64,000 nt of DNA from an uncultured Clostridia bacterium (GCA_964468725.1 CAYXVU010000001.1:778-64777); one strand, 5' to 3'. Shown: positions 9,296 to 20,496, counted from the first letter of the stretch. The notes: generated by a model from the sequence alone, not told the origin. A program made the numbers and translations.

Positions 9296-11626
9296 CTATT
9301 TCTGTTGCGGTTTATCGCTCGGTTTATCGCCCGATTTGCGCTCCTGTAGTTGCATCGGGTTCGGTTGCGCTTGCTGCTCCTTGAAGATTTGGAACTTCGA
9401 TTTGACCGGACGTGGTGGAAAATAGTTGTTCGATAGATCAATATCCGCCGTCTCCAAATGTGGGTCGAGCGTGATGGTTTTGATCTCTTTGGCTGTAATG
9501 TGCAACTTGGAGGCCAGCGTGTGGTTGTAGCGCCAAATCTCCGCCGGGATGCGCACTTCTTCTTTCGTGCCGTCCGTATATTCGATCTCGAAGATGACCG
9601 GCATCACCAAGCCGCCGATGTTCTTCACGCCAATGACATAGAAATTCAATCCCGCATCGAGCAACGCTTTCTCTTTGTCGGTCAGGGTCGCCAGAAAACG
9701 ACTGTACTCGTCGCGGTCACGCCCCGTCACTCGCAGTTCGTCGTAGGCGTTATAAAAATCGTTGAGCGATTGGTACTGCTCCGTGCGTTTCGGCAGCGGG
9801 CGATTGCGTTGCGCGGAAAGCGTCTGCGGTTGCGCCTCGCGGTCTTTCATGGCGAGCGGTTTTTCGACATCCGGGTTGCGCGTATCGAGTTGAAAGAGGC
9901 GCACGTTCTCAATTGCCAAGTCGGTATGGTCTGTGGTGTAGAACCAGCCGCGCCAGAACCAATCCAGATCAATGCCGGAAGCGTCTTCCAGGGTGCGGAA
10001 GAAATCGGCGGGCATGGGGCGTTTGAACTTCCAACGCCGTGAATACTCGCGGAAGGCATAATCGAAAAGCTCGCGTCCTAATACGGTCTCGCGCAGAATG
10101 TTGAGCGCCGTTGCCGGTTTCGCATAGGCATTATTGCCGAATTGTAGGAGCGATTCCGAATTCGTCATGATCGGCACTTGTGCTTCGCTGGCCATGTAAT
10201 CGGTAATCAATTTCGGCTCGCCGCGTTGCGAAGGATAGTTCGGCTCCCACTCCTGCTCCGACAAGTATTGCAGAAAGGTGTTCAAGCCTTCGTCCATCCA
10301 CGTCCATTGCCGTTCGTCGGAATTGACGATCATCGGAAAGTAGTTATGGCCGACTTCGTGAATGATGACGGTGATGAGCGCGTATTTGGTGCGCGCCGGA
10401 TAGGTTCCGTCGGCTTCCGGTCGCGGCCCGTTGAAACAGATCATCGGGTACTCCATGCCGCCGACCGGGCCGTTGACCGAAATGGCAATCGGGTAGGGAT
10501 AGGTGAACGAGTACCGCGAATAGACGTTAAGCGTGTGAATGATGGCATGGGTTGAATACTTCTCCCACAGCGGATTGCCTTCTTTCGGGTAGTACGACAT
10601 GGCCATCACGTTGTTGCCTTCGACATTATGACCTTGCGCGTCCCAGATGAATTTACGTGATGATGCGAAGGCGAAATCGCGCACATTTTCGGCATGAAAT
10701 GTCCAAGTCTTTTTGCCTTTTGGTTTGTTCGCTTCGTTGGCACGCGCTTCATCAGGGGTGACGATGAGCACTGGCGTCGTCGCCGTGCGCGCTTTCGTCA
10801 GCCTGTCGCGCTGCGTTGAGGTCAAGACCTGTTCGGGGTTTTGCAGCACGCCGGTCGCCCCGACAATGTGATCGTCGGGTGCGGTGATGCGAACTTTGTA
10901 ATTGCCGAATTCGAGGGTGAATTCGCCTGCCCCTAAAAACTGTTTGTGCTGCCAGCCGGTGACATCGTTATAAGCGGCCAGACGCGGGAACCAGTGGGCG
11001 ATTTCGTAGATATAGTTGCCGTCTTTGGGAAAGTATTCATAGCCTGTGCGGGCGCGAATCCGTTTCGAATCATTGATGTTGTAGTTCCAATCAATCGAGA
11101 AGGTCACGCTCTGCCCGGTTGCCAGCGGACTCTTCAAATCGAGCCGCAGCATGGTCTTGACGATCTTATGCGGCATCGGCTGGCCGGTTGCATCTTTGAC
11201 GGCAGTGATGCGATAGCCGCCTTCGAAATCGCGTTTGGCCAGCAACTCTAATGTTGCAACCGGCGTCTGGCCGAGATCGGGCGAGGTTTGCGTCAGGTTC
11301 GCATCGGAGTCTTTGGCCAAGATGTTCTGATCGAGTTGCAACCATAAATAGGTCAGGGTGTCTGGAGAGTTGTTGTAGTAAGTGATGGTCTCTGACCCCG
11401 TGATGCGTTGTTTGAGATCATCGAGTTCGACATCAATCGAATAGTCGGCGCGTTGTTGCCAGTAGCGGTGGCCCGGTGCGCCTGACCCGGTGCGGTAATC
11501 ATTCGGCGTCGGCAGAATCTCTTCCAGTTGTTTGAATTTGTCAACCGGATTCGATTTCGATTGGGCGAGCGCCTGCACGGAAATGAGCAGGCAAAGGAAG
11601 ATGACTAAAACGCGATGCGTGCGCAT
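9296..11626 (-). CDS. Secreted M1-family zinc metallopeptidase (aminopeptidase N-like)
   Basis: The product contains HEVGHNYF...WMDEGLNTF (the HExxH-x18-E gluzincin motif) and a signal peptide. Confidence 0.85.
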   Translation of the reverse strand: MRTHRVLVIFLCLLISVQALAQSKSNPVDKFKQLEEILPTPNDYRTGSGAPGHRYWQQRADYSIDVELDDLKQRITGSETITYYNNSPDTLTYLWLQLDQNILAKDSDANLTQTSPDLGQTPVATLELLAKRDFEGGYRITAVKDATGQPMPHKIVKTMLRLDLKSPLATGQSVTFSIDWNYNINDSKRIRARTGYEYFPKDGNYIYEIAHWFPRLAAYNDVTGWQHKQFLGAGEFTLEFGNYKVRITAPDDHIVGATGVLQNPEQVLTSTQRDRLTKARTATTPVLIVTPDEARANEANKPKGKKTWTFHAENVRDFAFASSRKFIWDAQGHNVEGNNVMAMSYYPKEGNPLWEKYSTHAIIHTLNVYSRYSFTYPYPIAISVNGPVGGMEYPMICFNGPRPEADGTYPARTKYALITVIIHEVGHNYFPMIVNSDERQWTWMDEGLNTFLQYLSEQEWEPNYPSQRGEPKLITDYMASEAQVPIMTNSESLLQFGNNAYAKPATALNILRETVLGRELFDYAFREYSRRWKFKRPMPADFFRTLEDASGIDLDWFWRGWFYTTDHTDLAIENVRLFQLDTRNPDVEKPLAMKDREAQPQTLSAQRNRPLPKRTEQYQSLNDFYNAYDELRVTGRDRDEYSRFLATLTDKEKALLDAGLNFYVIGVKNIGGLVMPVIFEIEYTDGTKEEVRIPAEIWRYNHTLASKLHITAKEIKTITLDPHLETADIDLSNNYFPPRPVKSKFQIFKEQQAQPNPMQLQERKSGDKPSDKPQQK

Positions 11627-11883
11627 AGGAGACTCCCTTCAGACGATGTTGCCGTGAACGATAGCAACCGTTTGACGGATCGAAAAACACCACGCCTGAT
11701 CGGCGTAATATCAGTCGAAATGGTTTAGGCCACTGAAAGATGATCGGGATATTGCCCGCGAACTCTGGTTGTTGCCAGCGATCTGCCTACGGCTCAAGGA
11801 AGCGACCGCTCACAACAACCATAGGCTCTCTTCGTTTGTCTTGCAAGGCGAGGCATCAATGCCGATAGCGGCGCATCCGATTT

Positions 11884-11915
11884 GGCGTTTCCTTGCCGCA
11901 CCGCAAGGAAACGCC
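11884..11915. terminator. Hairpin GGCGTTTCCTTGC-CGCACC-GCAAGGAAACGCC (13-bp stem) between the TPR-redoxin gene end and the M1 peptidase gene
   Basis: A perfect inverted repeat is visible in the sequence here. There is no strong U-tract after it. Confidence 0.4.
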
Positions 11916-12004
11916 AATCAAGCGCGATGGGCTTACGACGTTGATCGGCAGCGATTCGAATACCTCGACACTTCGTCAAGAGTTGGGCCTGACACACTGC
12001 CTCG

Positions 12005-14272
12005 TCAGTTCCCTTTATTGCCGCTCGCCGAAGGCGATGCCGCTGGCTCTGTGCCGGACTTGGCGGCATTGAGCTTATTCAACCGTTGAATCTCTTTGAT
12101 GAGGAAGTTGAAATCCATAAACGGATCGCCCCCGGATCGCGCCCAATGCACGCGCCCGAACTTATCAATCAAGATTGTCGAGTGCAGAGCAATCTCTTCG
12201 AAGTCGTCGAACGATTTATAGCGATGCGCGTTTTCAAAGTTCGCATCCGAAAGCAGGCGAAACGGCAGCTCGCCTTTCTTGTTGGTTTCGGCATTCTCTT
12301 CGGGCTTGTCGGAACTGATGGCCAGCACCTCCGTATTCGTGCCCTTCAACTCGCCGTAGCGTTTCGTCACCTCTCTGAGTTGCAGCATGCAGTGCGGGCA
12401 TTCATCGCCGAGATAGAAGATCAAGAGCACGTTTTTACCGCGAAAATCGGCGAGCGTGACGCGTTTGCCTGTGGCATCGAGAGCGTCGAGTTGCGGCGCG
12501 TTGTACGGTTCCCAGATACTCGGCCCGAACTGTTCCAGCGTTGTGCGCTTGTAACTGCGTTGGGCAACCGGCGAGGTATCTTTCGGCTTCGCCTCCAGTC
12601 CGAACGATTTGGCGCGTTCCATCCAGCGCAGGTTGGCGTCGGCGTCCGACCAGACATAGAGCAAGCGCGCGTAGGCGTCACGGGCTTGCTCCTTTTCGCC
12701 TATGGCGGAGTAAGCTTCGATCAATCCCGCCAGCGCGAAGCCGTCATTGCGAACGACTTCGAGCGTTTTGTTAAACGCCTCTGCGGCGAGCGTCGGACTC
12801 TTATGTTTGAGATAGGCGTAGCCGAGCGTGTTGTACAAGGCATTGGGATAATCGGGCGGGTCGTCTTGGCGTTCGCGCATTTCGATTTCACGTTTGGCGG
12901 CATCGGCCAGCATCGTCAGCCCGGTAATCGTATCGCCGTTGGCCAGCGTGAGCAGCGATTTTAATTCGAGCGTCTGAATCGTATAGTCCTCTGTCAGCCA
13001 TTTGTTCTCCGGCTTTTCCAACTCTTTGCTAAGCGCGGCGTGAGCGGCAAAGCTTTTGGCCGCCTTCTCCTTTTCGTTCATCGCCAGATAGGCCTGCACT
13101 TCGCAGTAGGCGTTGTACATTTTGTCGCGCGCATTATCGCGCCAGTAAAAGGTATTAGGGTCGAGCAGTTCTTTCCACCGTTCAAACTTAATCAAAGCGC
13201 GCATCATGGCGATGGTGCCTTGCCAGTGTGCGGCGTATTGATCGGGGTTGTTGTGTTCCGGGTCGAGCGGCGCGGCCATGATCTGTTTGGCTCCTAAAAT
13301 GGCCGTTTCGGCCATGCCGAGTTGCTCTTGAATGTAGCAGAGATAATTTTGGTTATGCGCGTAGTTCCAGGTATTGAACGGAAAGATCAACCGCTGTTTC
13401 ATATACTGCTTTTCGACGCGAGTGGCGGCATCCATTGAAATCGCCGCTTCATTCCACATGCCGATGTCTGTGTAGATGTGGCCGGGCATGTGCTGGGCGT
13501 GGCCGATCTGCGGCGCGATGCGACCATAAAGCGCGCAACTGTCGAGCGCGTGATTGCCCTCTTTCGAATCCCAGTTGTGAATGCGGTAGTGATGCGCGCC
13601 GGGATGGTTCGGGTCTTTGGCAAGGATTTGTTGCAAAATGGCTTCCGTGCCGTAGCGATTCTCTCTGCCCATAAATTGCAAGGCCAAGAAGGCTTTGGCT
13701 TCGATGTCCTGCGGGTATTTGAGGATGAGTTGTTCGAGGCGGTTGCGGAATTGGCGATTGCGAAGTTCATAGGTTGCCTCGTTGCCGCCTGCTTCTTTCG
13801 GCAAGTCAGTCGCAATTCGCGCTTCCCATGCTTCGATGTAGAGTCGTTCGCGTTCGCTTACCTTCTCTTTGCGCTTGCTTGCCTCTTTGAGAAAGTCGCG
13901 CTCGCGCTCTCCCTCTTCTGCTGCGAGCGCCAGCCCCCAGTAGGCCATCGCGCAATCGGGATCGAGTTTGATCGCCCATCGAAAAGCGCGTTCGGCTTCG
14001 TAATACCAGAAGGAATGTAAGAGCGCGATGCCTTGATTGAACCACATCTGGACTTCGGGTTTGGAGGTGGTGATGGGGAAGTTGACTTTGCCGATGCCTT
14101 CGATCACCCAAGGTTTTTCGCGCGGCCCGGTGTTGAAGGCGTTACCATGACGCGAGTGCCCCTGTTTATAGAATTCAGCCGGAGACGATTTCGCCGTCGG
14201 GTTTTGTTGGGCGAGCACGGTCAGCGCCGTCAACAGCCAAGCGAGCAGCAAAGCGAAGAAGCGTTGGGTCAT
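12005..14272 (-). CDS. Exported protein with TPR-like repeats and a C-terminal thioredoxin-like (TlpA/AhpC-TSA) domain
   Basis: The C-terminus has FRGKNVLLIFYLGDECPHCMLQL (a CxxC redoxin motif). Upstream of it are TPR-like helical repeats, and a signal peptide starts at MTQRFFALLLAWLL. Confidence 0.7.
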   Translation of the reverse strand: MTQRFFALLLAWLLTALTVLAQQNPTAKSSPAEFYKQGHSRHGNAFNTGPREKPWVIEGIGKVNFPITTSKPEVQMWFNQGIALLHSFWYYEAERAFRWAIKLDPDCAMAYWGLALAAEEGERERDFLKEASKRKEKVSERERLYIEAWEARIATDLPKEAGGNEATYELRNRQFRNRLEQLILKYPQDIEAKAFLALQFMGRENRYGTEAILQQILAKDPNHPGAHHYRIHNWDSKEGNHALDSCALYGRIAPQIGHAQHMPGHIYTDIGMWNEAAISMDAATRVEKQYMKQRLIFPFNTWNYAHNQNYLCYIQEQLGMAETAILGAKQIMAAPLDPEHNNPDQYAAHWQGTIAMMRALIKFERWKELLDPNTFYWRDNARDKMYNAYCEVQAYLAMNEKEKAAKSFAAHAALSKELEKPENKWLTEDYTIQTLELKSLLTLANGDTITGLTMLADAAKREIEMRERQDDPPDYPNALYNTLGYAYLKHKSPTLAAEAFNKTLEVVRNDGFALAGLIEAYSAIGEKEQARDAYARLLYVWSDADANLRWMERAKSFGLEAKPKDTSPVAQRSYKRTTLEQFGPSIWEPYNAPQLDALDATGKRVTLADFRGKNVLLIFYLGDECPHCMLQLREVTKRYGELKGTNTEVLAISSDKPEENAETNKKGELPFRLLSDANFENAHRYKSFDDFEEIALHSTILIDKFGRVHWARSGGDPFMDFNFLIKEIQRLNKLNAAKSGTEPAASPSASGNKGN

Positions 14273-14689
14273 GAAAAATCTCCTTTGCGAATATCGAGGG
14301 GCAGATGATTTTGGCCATCCGCCGTATTCTTGCACTCCCTTGATCCTTACGGCTTGGACGCGGGGTTTGGATGAGGGGGTGCGGGTTCGGATGCCTGCGG
14401 CACTAGCGGCGTGGTCGCAATGTCTCGATTCTTACCCTCATCCGCCGATTCAGATGCAGCCAACCGGAGAAGCGAACGAGGACGCCGTTGCCGCTAAATG
14501 CGCCAGATCGCCAATGTTGCTCAGACGGAATCGTTGAGCAGGCGAATCTGTTTTGCTCCCTTTATCATCCACTGGCAAATGGCCGAGCGAGTCTGCGAGA
14601 AGTCGGCCAGCATTATACCGACTCCGCGCATCAAGCCGAACGATGGAGATATAAAAAATTTGTAAAAGTTCACAGGTTCGCGCACGCTC

Positions 14690-16600
14690 TTACCGTTTTA
14701 CGCCTTCGGCCATCACGGTGATGGAGGAGGCCAGATTGCGCGAGCGATAGATGCGCTGCGTGGCCTTTTGATAATCGGCGGCGGTTGCTTTCGGTATCTC
14801 CATGAATTTTTGCGGGTTGCGATCAGCGAGCGGAAACCAACTGCTCTGTATCTGCACCATCAGTTTATGTCCGGCGCGAAATGAATGATACACATCGGGC
14901 AATTCGAAAGAGATGGCCGTCGGTTTGCCAGGCGTCATCGGTTCGGGCTTCTGAAAACTGTTGCGAAACTTGGCGCGAAAGGGTTCGCCGCGCACAAGCT
15001 GCTGATAGCCGCCCATCATCACGCGATTGGCCGGAGGCGTCTGCCCCGAGGGCACAGGCGGTGTCGGGTAATCGCCGGGATAGACATCAATCACTTTCAC
15101 GATAAAGTCCGAATCTGTTCCCGTCGTCGAAACTTGCAAGCTGACTTTGATGCTTCCGGCAATCGTTAAATCCTGATCGAGCGGCTCGGTCTCGTACACC
15201 AACACATCGGTGCGCGAAGCGGCGAAGCGTTGGTCTTCGGTCATGTAATCGCGCGTCATACCCATCACGGTGTAGCCCAGATACGGCACGGGTTTATTGG
15301 GGTCGCTGACGTATTCGTCAAAAGCGGTTGCCCCCTCTTCGCCCGGCGCGGCGGATTGCAGGCGACCATTCGCGCCCAGATAAAAGGTCAGCGGTTGCAA
15401 ATCGCGCGGTGGCCAACTCGCCAGTTTGCGCCATTCGTTCAAGCCGGTGACAAACATCCAGGCTTCGGGCATCTGAAACGGACGGTCTTTGAGGTAATAC
15501 ATAAAAAACGGAAACTGAATATTCTCGCGGAAGAAGGCCGCCGTCTTGACGCCAAAATTCAGATTGCCGAGTTTGTCGCCGTCGCCGCGCGACCAACAGC
15601 CGTGACACCATGGCCCCATCACTAACGTATTGACCGTTTCGGGATTGTTCTTTTCGACGGCGCGATAGGTGTGAAATGGCCCCATGGGGTCTTCGGCATC
15701 GAACCAGCCGCCGACGTTTAAGACTGCCGGTTTGACATTGGTCATAAATCGCCACAGCGAACGTTGCTGCCAGAATTCGTCGTAGGTAGTATGGTCAACG
15801 ATCTCCTGCCAATAGGTCGCTTCGCCATTGAAATATCGTTTGTTGGACTCAGCCAGCGGCCCCATCTTCAAAAAGAAGTCGTAACCATCGGGCGTTCCGA
15901 AATCGAAATCGGGACGCTCTTGCGGACGGGTCGGCGCGCCGCGTCGCGGCAGAAAGAAGCCGTAAAAGCCGAAATTCGCCGCCAACATAAACGCGCCGTT
16001 GTGATAGACATCATCGCCCATGTAGTAATCGGCAGTCGGCGCTTGCGGCGAGACGGCTTTAAGCGCAGGGTGGGCGTCCATCATACTGGCGGCGACGTGA
16101 AACCCTGGTTGTGAGATGCCGATCATGCCAACGCGCCCATTATGATTGGGAATGTTTTTGAGCAACCATTCGATGGTGTCGTAGGTATCCGTACTCTCAT
16201 CAATATCGGCGGGGGTGCGTTTGTTCGGGTTATAGGGGCGAACTTGTGAAAACTCACCTTCCGACAGATGCCGTCCGCGCGCATCTTGATAGACGAAGAT
16301 GAAACCGGCGCGCTCAAAGTGCTCCGACGGACCCAGCGCAGCGCGATAGTTGTCTATGCCGTAAGGCGCGACGCTGTAGGGCGTGCGCGTCAATAAAAAC
16401 GGGTAGGATTGCCCGGCATCTTTCGGCACGTAGACCGATGTGAAGAGGCGCACGCCATCGCGCATCGGGATGCGGTACTCATATTTCGTGTAGTGTTCTT
16501 TGACGCGATTGGCGTCAGGTGCGGTCTCTTGTGCGAAAGCCGCAATCGAAATGGTCAGGCTCAAGGCGATGATGGTAACGAAGCGACGAAGTGCGATCAT
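14690..16600 (-). CDS. CocE/NonD family hydrolase (S15 X-Pro dipeptidyl-peptidase-like), exported
   Basis: The N-terminus reads YEYRIPMRDGVRLFTSVYVPKD...TRTPYS, which is typical of CocE/NonD proteins. A signal peptide starts at MIALRR. Confidence 0.8.
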   Translation of the reverse strand: MIALRRFVTIIALSLTISIAAFAQETAPDANRVKEHYTKYEYRIPMRDGVRLFTSVYVPKDAGQSYPFLLTRTPYSVAPYGIDNYRAALGPSEHFERAGFIFVYQDARGRHLSEGEFSQVRPYNPNKRTPADIDESTDTYDTIEWLLKNIPNHNGRVGMIGISQPGFHVAASMMDAHPALKAVSPQAPTADYYMGDDVYHNGAFMLAANFGFYGFFLPRRGAPTRPQERPDFDFGTPDGYDFFLKMGPLAESNKRYFNGEATYWQEIVDHTTYDEFWQQRSLWRFMTNVKPAVLNVGGWFDAEDPMGPFHTYRAVEKNNPETVNTLVMGPWCHGCWSRGDGDKLGNLNFGVKTAAFFRENIQFPFFMYYLKDRPFQMPEAWMFVTGLNEWRKLASWPPRDLQPLTFYLGANGRLQSAAPGEEGATAFDEYVSDPNKPVPYLGYTVMGMTRDYMTEDQRFAASRTDVLVYETEPLDQDLTIAGSIKVSLQVSTTGTDSDFIVKVIDVYPGDYPTPPVPSGQTPPANRVMMGGYQQLVRGEPFRAKFRNSFQKPEPMTPGKPTAISFELPDVYHSFRAGHKLMVQIQSSWFPLADRNPQKFMEIPKATAADYQKATQRIYRSRNLASSITVMAEGVKR

Positions 16601-16856
16601 CGGTTTTCCCTCTTCGTTGTGATCTGGAGTAGGTCTTTCGAACGTGCGAGGCGATGATAGCCTTTCGCGCTTCGCAATGCCATAGCGCGCGACGACACAA
16701 TTTTGCCAACGGCTATCAACGCAAAGGCGTAAAGACGCGGTGAGGGCAAAGAAATTCAAGGGGGCGAATTGCTTCGTTGAAGTTGACTCACTACAATCAT
16801 CGGCGACATTCGCTTACACAATTGCTCGGCGTTTCACTTCACCCAAAGGAGATTGT

Positions 16857-17933
16857 ATGAGACAACGAATCACCCCATTGCTGCTTTTGTTGTTGGGTTT
16901 GACCGCCATGACCGCTTATGCGCAGAGTTCGCAAGCGACCGGCGGCGCAAACGGGCGCGAGGTTCCTGCGCGTACGATTCCCATTCCATCGGCGGCCAGT
17001 CCGGAATTGCAAGCGCAGATTGCGCGCCCTATCGCGCCCGCTTTACAACTCTTCAAGATGACCATTCCCAAAAGCGCGGCGGAATGGAAGCAGTTCGCCA
17101 ATCTTGTAGAGGGACAGGCGGCGCAGAATTTGGCGCTTTTGAAGCAGGCATTCCCTTTGAAAGTTGAGGGCGCAATGATGGGCGGGGTGAAGGTTTATGT
17201 CGTAACGCCTCCAACAATCGCTGCCGAAAACCGCAACCGCGTTGTCGTTCATTTGCATGGTGGCGGCTATGTCATCGGCGGCGGCGAGGGGTCTGCCTTC
17301 GAAGCAATTCTGTTGGCGCACTACGCCAAGCTGAAGGTGATTTCGGTAGACTATCGCATGCCGCCCGATCACCCATTTCCGGCGGCAGTAGAGGATGCGG
17401 TTGCGGTCTGGAAAGAGGTCATCAAGACCTATAAGCCGCAAGGTACAGGTTTGGGCGGCACTTCGGCGGGAGGCGGGCTGACGCTGGCGACGGTGCATCG
17501 GTTGAAAGAACTCAAGCTGCCGTTGCCGGGGGCGATTTTCGGCGGGACAACTTGGGCAGATCTGACTAAGACGGGCGATTCGATCTACACCAATGCCTAT
17601 CTGGATAATGTGTTGCCGACGCACGAAGGCTTGCTCGACGCGATGGCGAAGGTCTATGCGGGGAATGCGGATTTGCGCAACCCTCTGCTGTCGCCGATCT
17701 ACGGCGATTTTGCAGGCTTCCCGCCGAGCATCTTGGTGACCGGAACCCGTGACCTGCTATTGAGCGACACGGTGCGCGTGCATCGCAAACTGCGGCAAGC
17801 GGGCATCGAAGCGGAATTGCATGTCTTCGAGGGACTCTCGCACGCCGAATATATCGGCTTATACACCGCGCAGGAGTCGAAAGATGCGTGGTCGGAGATT
17901 GCGCGCTTCTTCGTCAAACACCTCAGCAAGTAA
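16857..17933 (+). CDS. Alpha/beta hydrolase fold-3 esterase/lipase, exported
   Basis: The product has the HGGGY oxyanion motif (VVHLHGGGYVIGG) and a GxSxG motif (GTSAGGG). An AAGGAG ribosome-binding site precedes the ATG at 16857. Confidence 0.8.
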   Translation: MRQRITPLLLLLLGLTAMTAYAQSSQATGGANGREVPARTIPIPSAASPELQAQIARPIAPALQLFKMTIPKSAAEWKQFANLVEGQAAQNLALLKQAFPLKVEGAMMGGVKVYVVTPPTIAAENRNRVVVHLHGGGYVIGGGEGSAFEAILLAHYAKLKVISVDYRMPPDHPFPAAVEDAVAVWKEVIKTYKPQGTGLGGTSAGGGLTLATVHRLKELKLPLPGAIFGGTTWADLTKTGDSIYTNAYLDNVLPTHEGLLDAMAKVYAGNADLRNPLLSPIYGDFAGFPPSILVTGTRDLLLSDTVRVHRKLRQAGIEAELHVFEGLSHAEYIGLYTAQESKDAWSEIARFFVKHLSK

Positions 17934-18049
17934 GGCAATGCGCCGCTAGCAAATGATTCGCTAGCGGCGCATTGCGACCTCCCGGCGGTCAAAGACCGCC
18001 TCTCACCCTCTTGAGCGCGGGCGATGTGATACGACACCCGGTTTTCGAA

Positions 18050-20284
18050 TCAGAAGAAGCGCAGGGTGTAGCTCACTCTGACGCCGCGCCCGATCTCCGG
18101 CGCGAGGTCTTTGATGAATGACAAGTGATTGCGATAATCGCGGTCTCCCAAATTAAAGGCGTTCACCGTGATGATGTGCGCGAAGTGCTGTTGCGGTATG
18201 GTGTATGATCCGACCACATTCATCAAGGTGTACCCGCCGGTGTGGGTTTCGGTCGGGAAGAGTTGATTTTGCTCGCCCGCCACGACGACTTCCGGGCGCA
18301 GGCTCAGCCCTTTGTAGGTGAAGTCCAACCCGACCCGACCGCGCAGCGGCGTGATACGCGGCAAAGGAGTGCCGGAGGCAATCGTCCCTAACGCTTTGGT
18401 CAACTCCGCATCCACATAGTCGAATCCGAGATTGAGCCACAAAGAGCGGTGCAAGTTGACATCTAACCCCATCTCCGCACCGACGAATCGGCTGTCGCTT
18501 TGCAGGTAGTTGGCTTCGATCAAGCCGTCTGTGATATTGCCGGTCGGCGCGAGAAAGACAAAATCGTTGATCGCATAGTAGAAGAGGTTGGCTTCGGCAC
18601 GCATCCGTTTTGAAGTGTGGCGCAAAGACATATCCAGCCCGTCGCTACGCTCGCGTTTCAAATTCGGATTGCCGATTTCAAAGGTCAAATTTCCGATGTG
18701 CGGGCCATTGTTGTACAACTCTTCCAGCGCGGGCGCGCGGTACGAATGCGTATAGTTGGCGACCAACGCGCCGCCCGGCCACAATCCGAAACGCACGCCC
18801 GCCGCGCCGGAAAAGCCTGTGAACGAGCGATCTGACAAGCCATCGGGATGATAGCTGTTATGCTCGATTCTGCCGCCGAGTTGAAAGCGCACGCGCTCGA
18901 AATCAAGCTCTTGCAGGGTGAAGGCCGAAAACGAATTCTGATCAACGGGCGGCGCTAAGGCTTCGGCTCCGGTCGTCACATAATTGCGCGTGAAGCCTTC
19001 GAAGCCGAAGCTGCCGGATAGTTTGCCGCTCTTGCGCTCGTCAAAGACGCCGCGATAAATGAAGAGGTCGTTGTCAAAGATTGTGCCGACCGCTTCGCCT
19101 TCGAGTTCACGGTGTTGATAATCGCTGTAGCTGAGATTGAAACGAAACGCATCAATGAGCTTTCCGGTATTGCGAAAACCGCCTGTGGCGCGCACGTCGT
19201 GGCGGCGCATAGCCAATTCTATCGTCTCGTCAGTTACGCCGATCACCTGTTGCGTTGCGAGACTCTCTTCTTCTCCGCCTTCAAATGCAGCCGCAAAGGG
19301 CACGCCATAGCGCCGATTGTCATAGCCGTAGCTCAAGCTGAAAAACTGTTTGTCGCCATACCAACCGAAGCCGCCCAGTCCGCTGCCCGACCGCGTTTTC
19401 GAGTTGAAGATTTCGCCAAGCGGCGTGTCGTAATCGCCCGTGCGTTGACCGCTGCCATTGCCCCAGATCAACCATTTGCCGATGCCGAATTCAACCCCGC
19501 CGCTGATGCCGCCTTGCGCGTTGGTCGTGCCGCCGATGCCTGTCAGGTAGCCGCGCACGCCCGTGTGCGCGTATTCGTGGCCGGTGACGGCATTGACGAC
19601 GCCGCCGATGGCATTGCTGCCATAGAGCAAGGTGGCGGGGCCTTTGAGGACTTCCAGCCGTTCGAGAGCCAACGAGTCCACAGGCTCGCCGTGATCGCCC
19701 GATTGTGACCCAATAGCTCCGAGTCGCAAACCATCTTGCAAAACTAAGACGCGGTCGCCGTCAAAGCCGCGAATGATGGGGCGCGAAGAGCCGGGTCCGA
19801 AACTGCGTTTGCCCACGCCGGGTTCGCGTTCCAATGTTTCGCCGATTGACGGACTCGCCTTTTCAGCAATCTTGCTGGCGTCGAGTGTGGTCACCGATTG
19901 AAAGGCTTCGAATGTGGATTGTTCTTCGCCACTGGCTGTTACGGTGACCTGTTCGCGCGGCCCGGTCAGCCGCATTTGTAGGTCGAGGGTCGCTGCATTG
20001 CCACTGATCTGCACGCTTTTGATGACATCGGGAAAGCCTTCTAGGTGGGCGAGCAATGTGTAATTGCCTGCCGGTAGATCGGTGAAGGAGTAATTGCCTT
20101 CTTCATCGGTTTCAACCGAGCGTTTCAACTCGACGAGCGTAACGATTACGTTGTGCAGAGGTGTGCTCTGTTCTTCGAAGGTGATTTTGCCGCGCAGACT
20201 GCCGGTAGTTTGCGCCAGCGTAAGGCCGTTGAAACTGCCGGAAACAACAGCCAGTGCGATGATGGCGATAATCAATTTGTGCAT
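18050..20284 (-). CDS. TonB-dependent outer-membrane receptor with N-terminal carboxypeptidase-regulatory-like domain
   Basis: The product has a signal peptide, a CarboxypepD_reg-like region (GSLRGKI...GNYSF), a plug domain, and a C-terminal beta-barrel ending in F. Confidence 0.85.
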   Translation of the reverse strand: MHKLIIAIIALAVVSGSFNGLTLAQTTGSLRGKITFEEQSTPLHNVIVTLVELKRSVETDEEGNYSFTDLPAGNYTLLAHLEGFPDVIKSVQISGNAATLDLQMRLTGPREQVTVTASGEEQSTFEAFQSVTTLDASKIAEKASPSIGETLEREPGVGKRSFGPGSSRPIIRGFDGDRVLVLQDGLRLGAIGSQSGDHGEPVDSLALERLEVLKGPATLLYGSNAIGGVVNAVTGHEYAHTGVRGYLTGIGGTTNAQGGISGGVEFGIGKWLIWGNGSGQRTGDYDTPLGEIFNSKTRSGSGLGGFGWYGDKQFFSLSYGYDNRRYGVPFAAAFEGGEEESLATQQVIGVTDETIELAMRRHDVRATGGFRNTGKLIDAFRFNLSYSDYQHRELEGEAVGTIFDNDLFIYRGVFDERKSGKLSGSFGFEGFTRNYVTTGAEALAPPVDQNSFSAFTLQELDFERVRFQLGGRIEHNSYHPDGLSDRSFTGFSGAAGVRFGLWPGGALVANYTHSYRAPALEELYNNGPHIGNLTFEIGNPNLKRERSDGLDMSLRHTSKRMRAEANLFYYAINDFVFLAPTGNITDGLIEANYLQSDSRFVGAEMGLDVNLHRSLWLNLGFDYVDAELTKALGTIASGTPLPRITPLRGRVGLDFTYKGLSLRPEVVVAGEQNQLFPTETHTGGYTLMNVVGSYTIPQQHFAHIITVNAFNLGDRDYRNHLSFIKDLAPEIGRGVRVSYTLRFF

Positions 20285-20496
20285 GAATAAGGTCTCCTCT
20301 GAATGCTGGCCAACAGGATGAAAGAATCACTGCCGGAATCGAATGGCACGACCAACCGACCCTGTGCACATCTGGCAAAACGAGACTTTGCCTTCTGTAG
20401 GTGATCGCTGCGAGTCAAGCGCAAAGCGGAAAGCTCACTCTGAGGCGTGAGGTCGGTTTGCCCGCTTTATCGCAGGGGTCGGATTCGATTGTGAAG

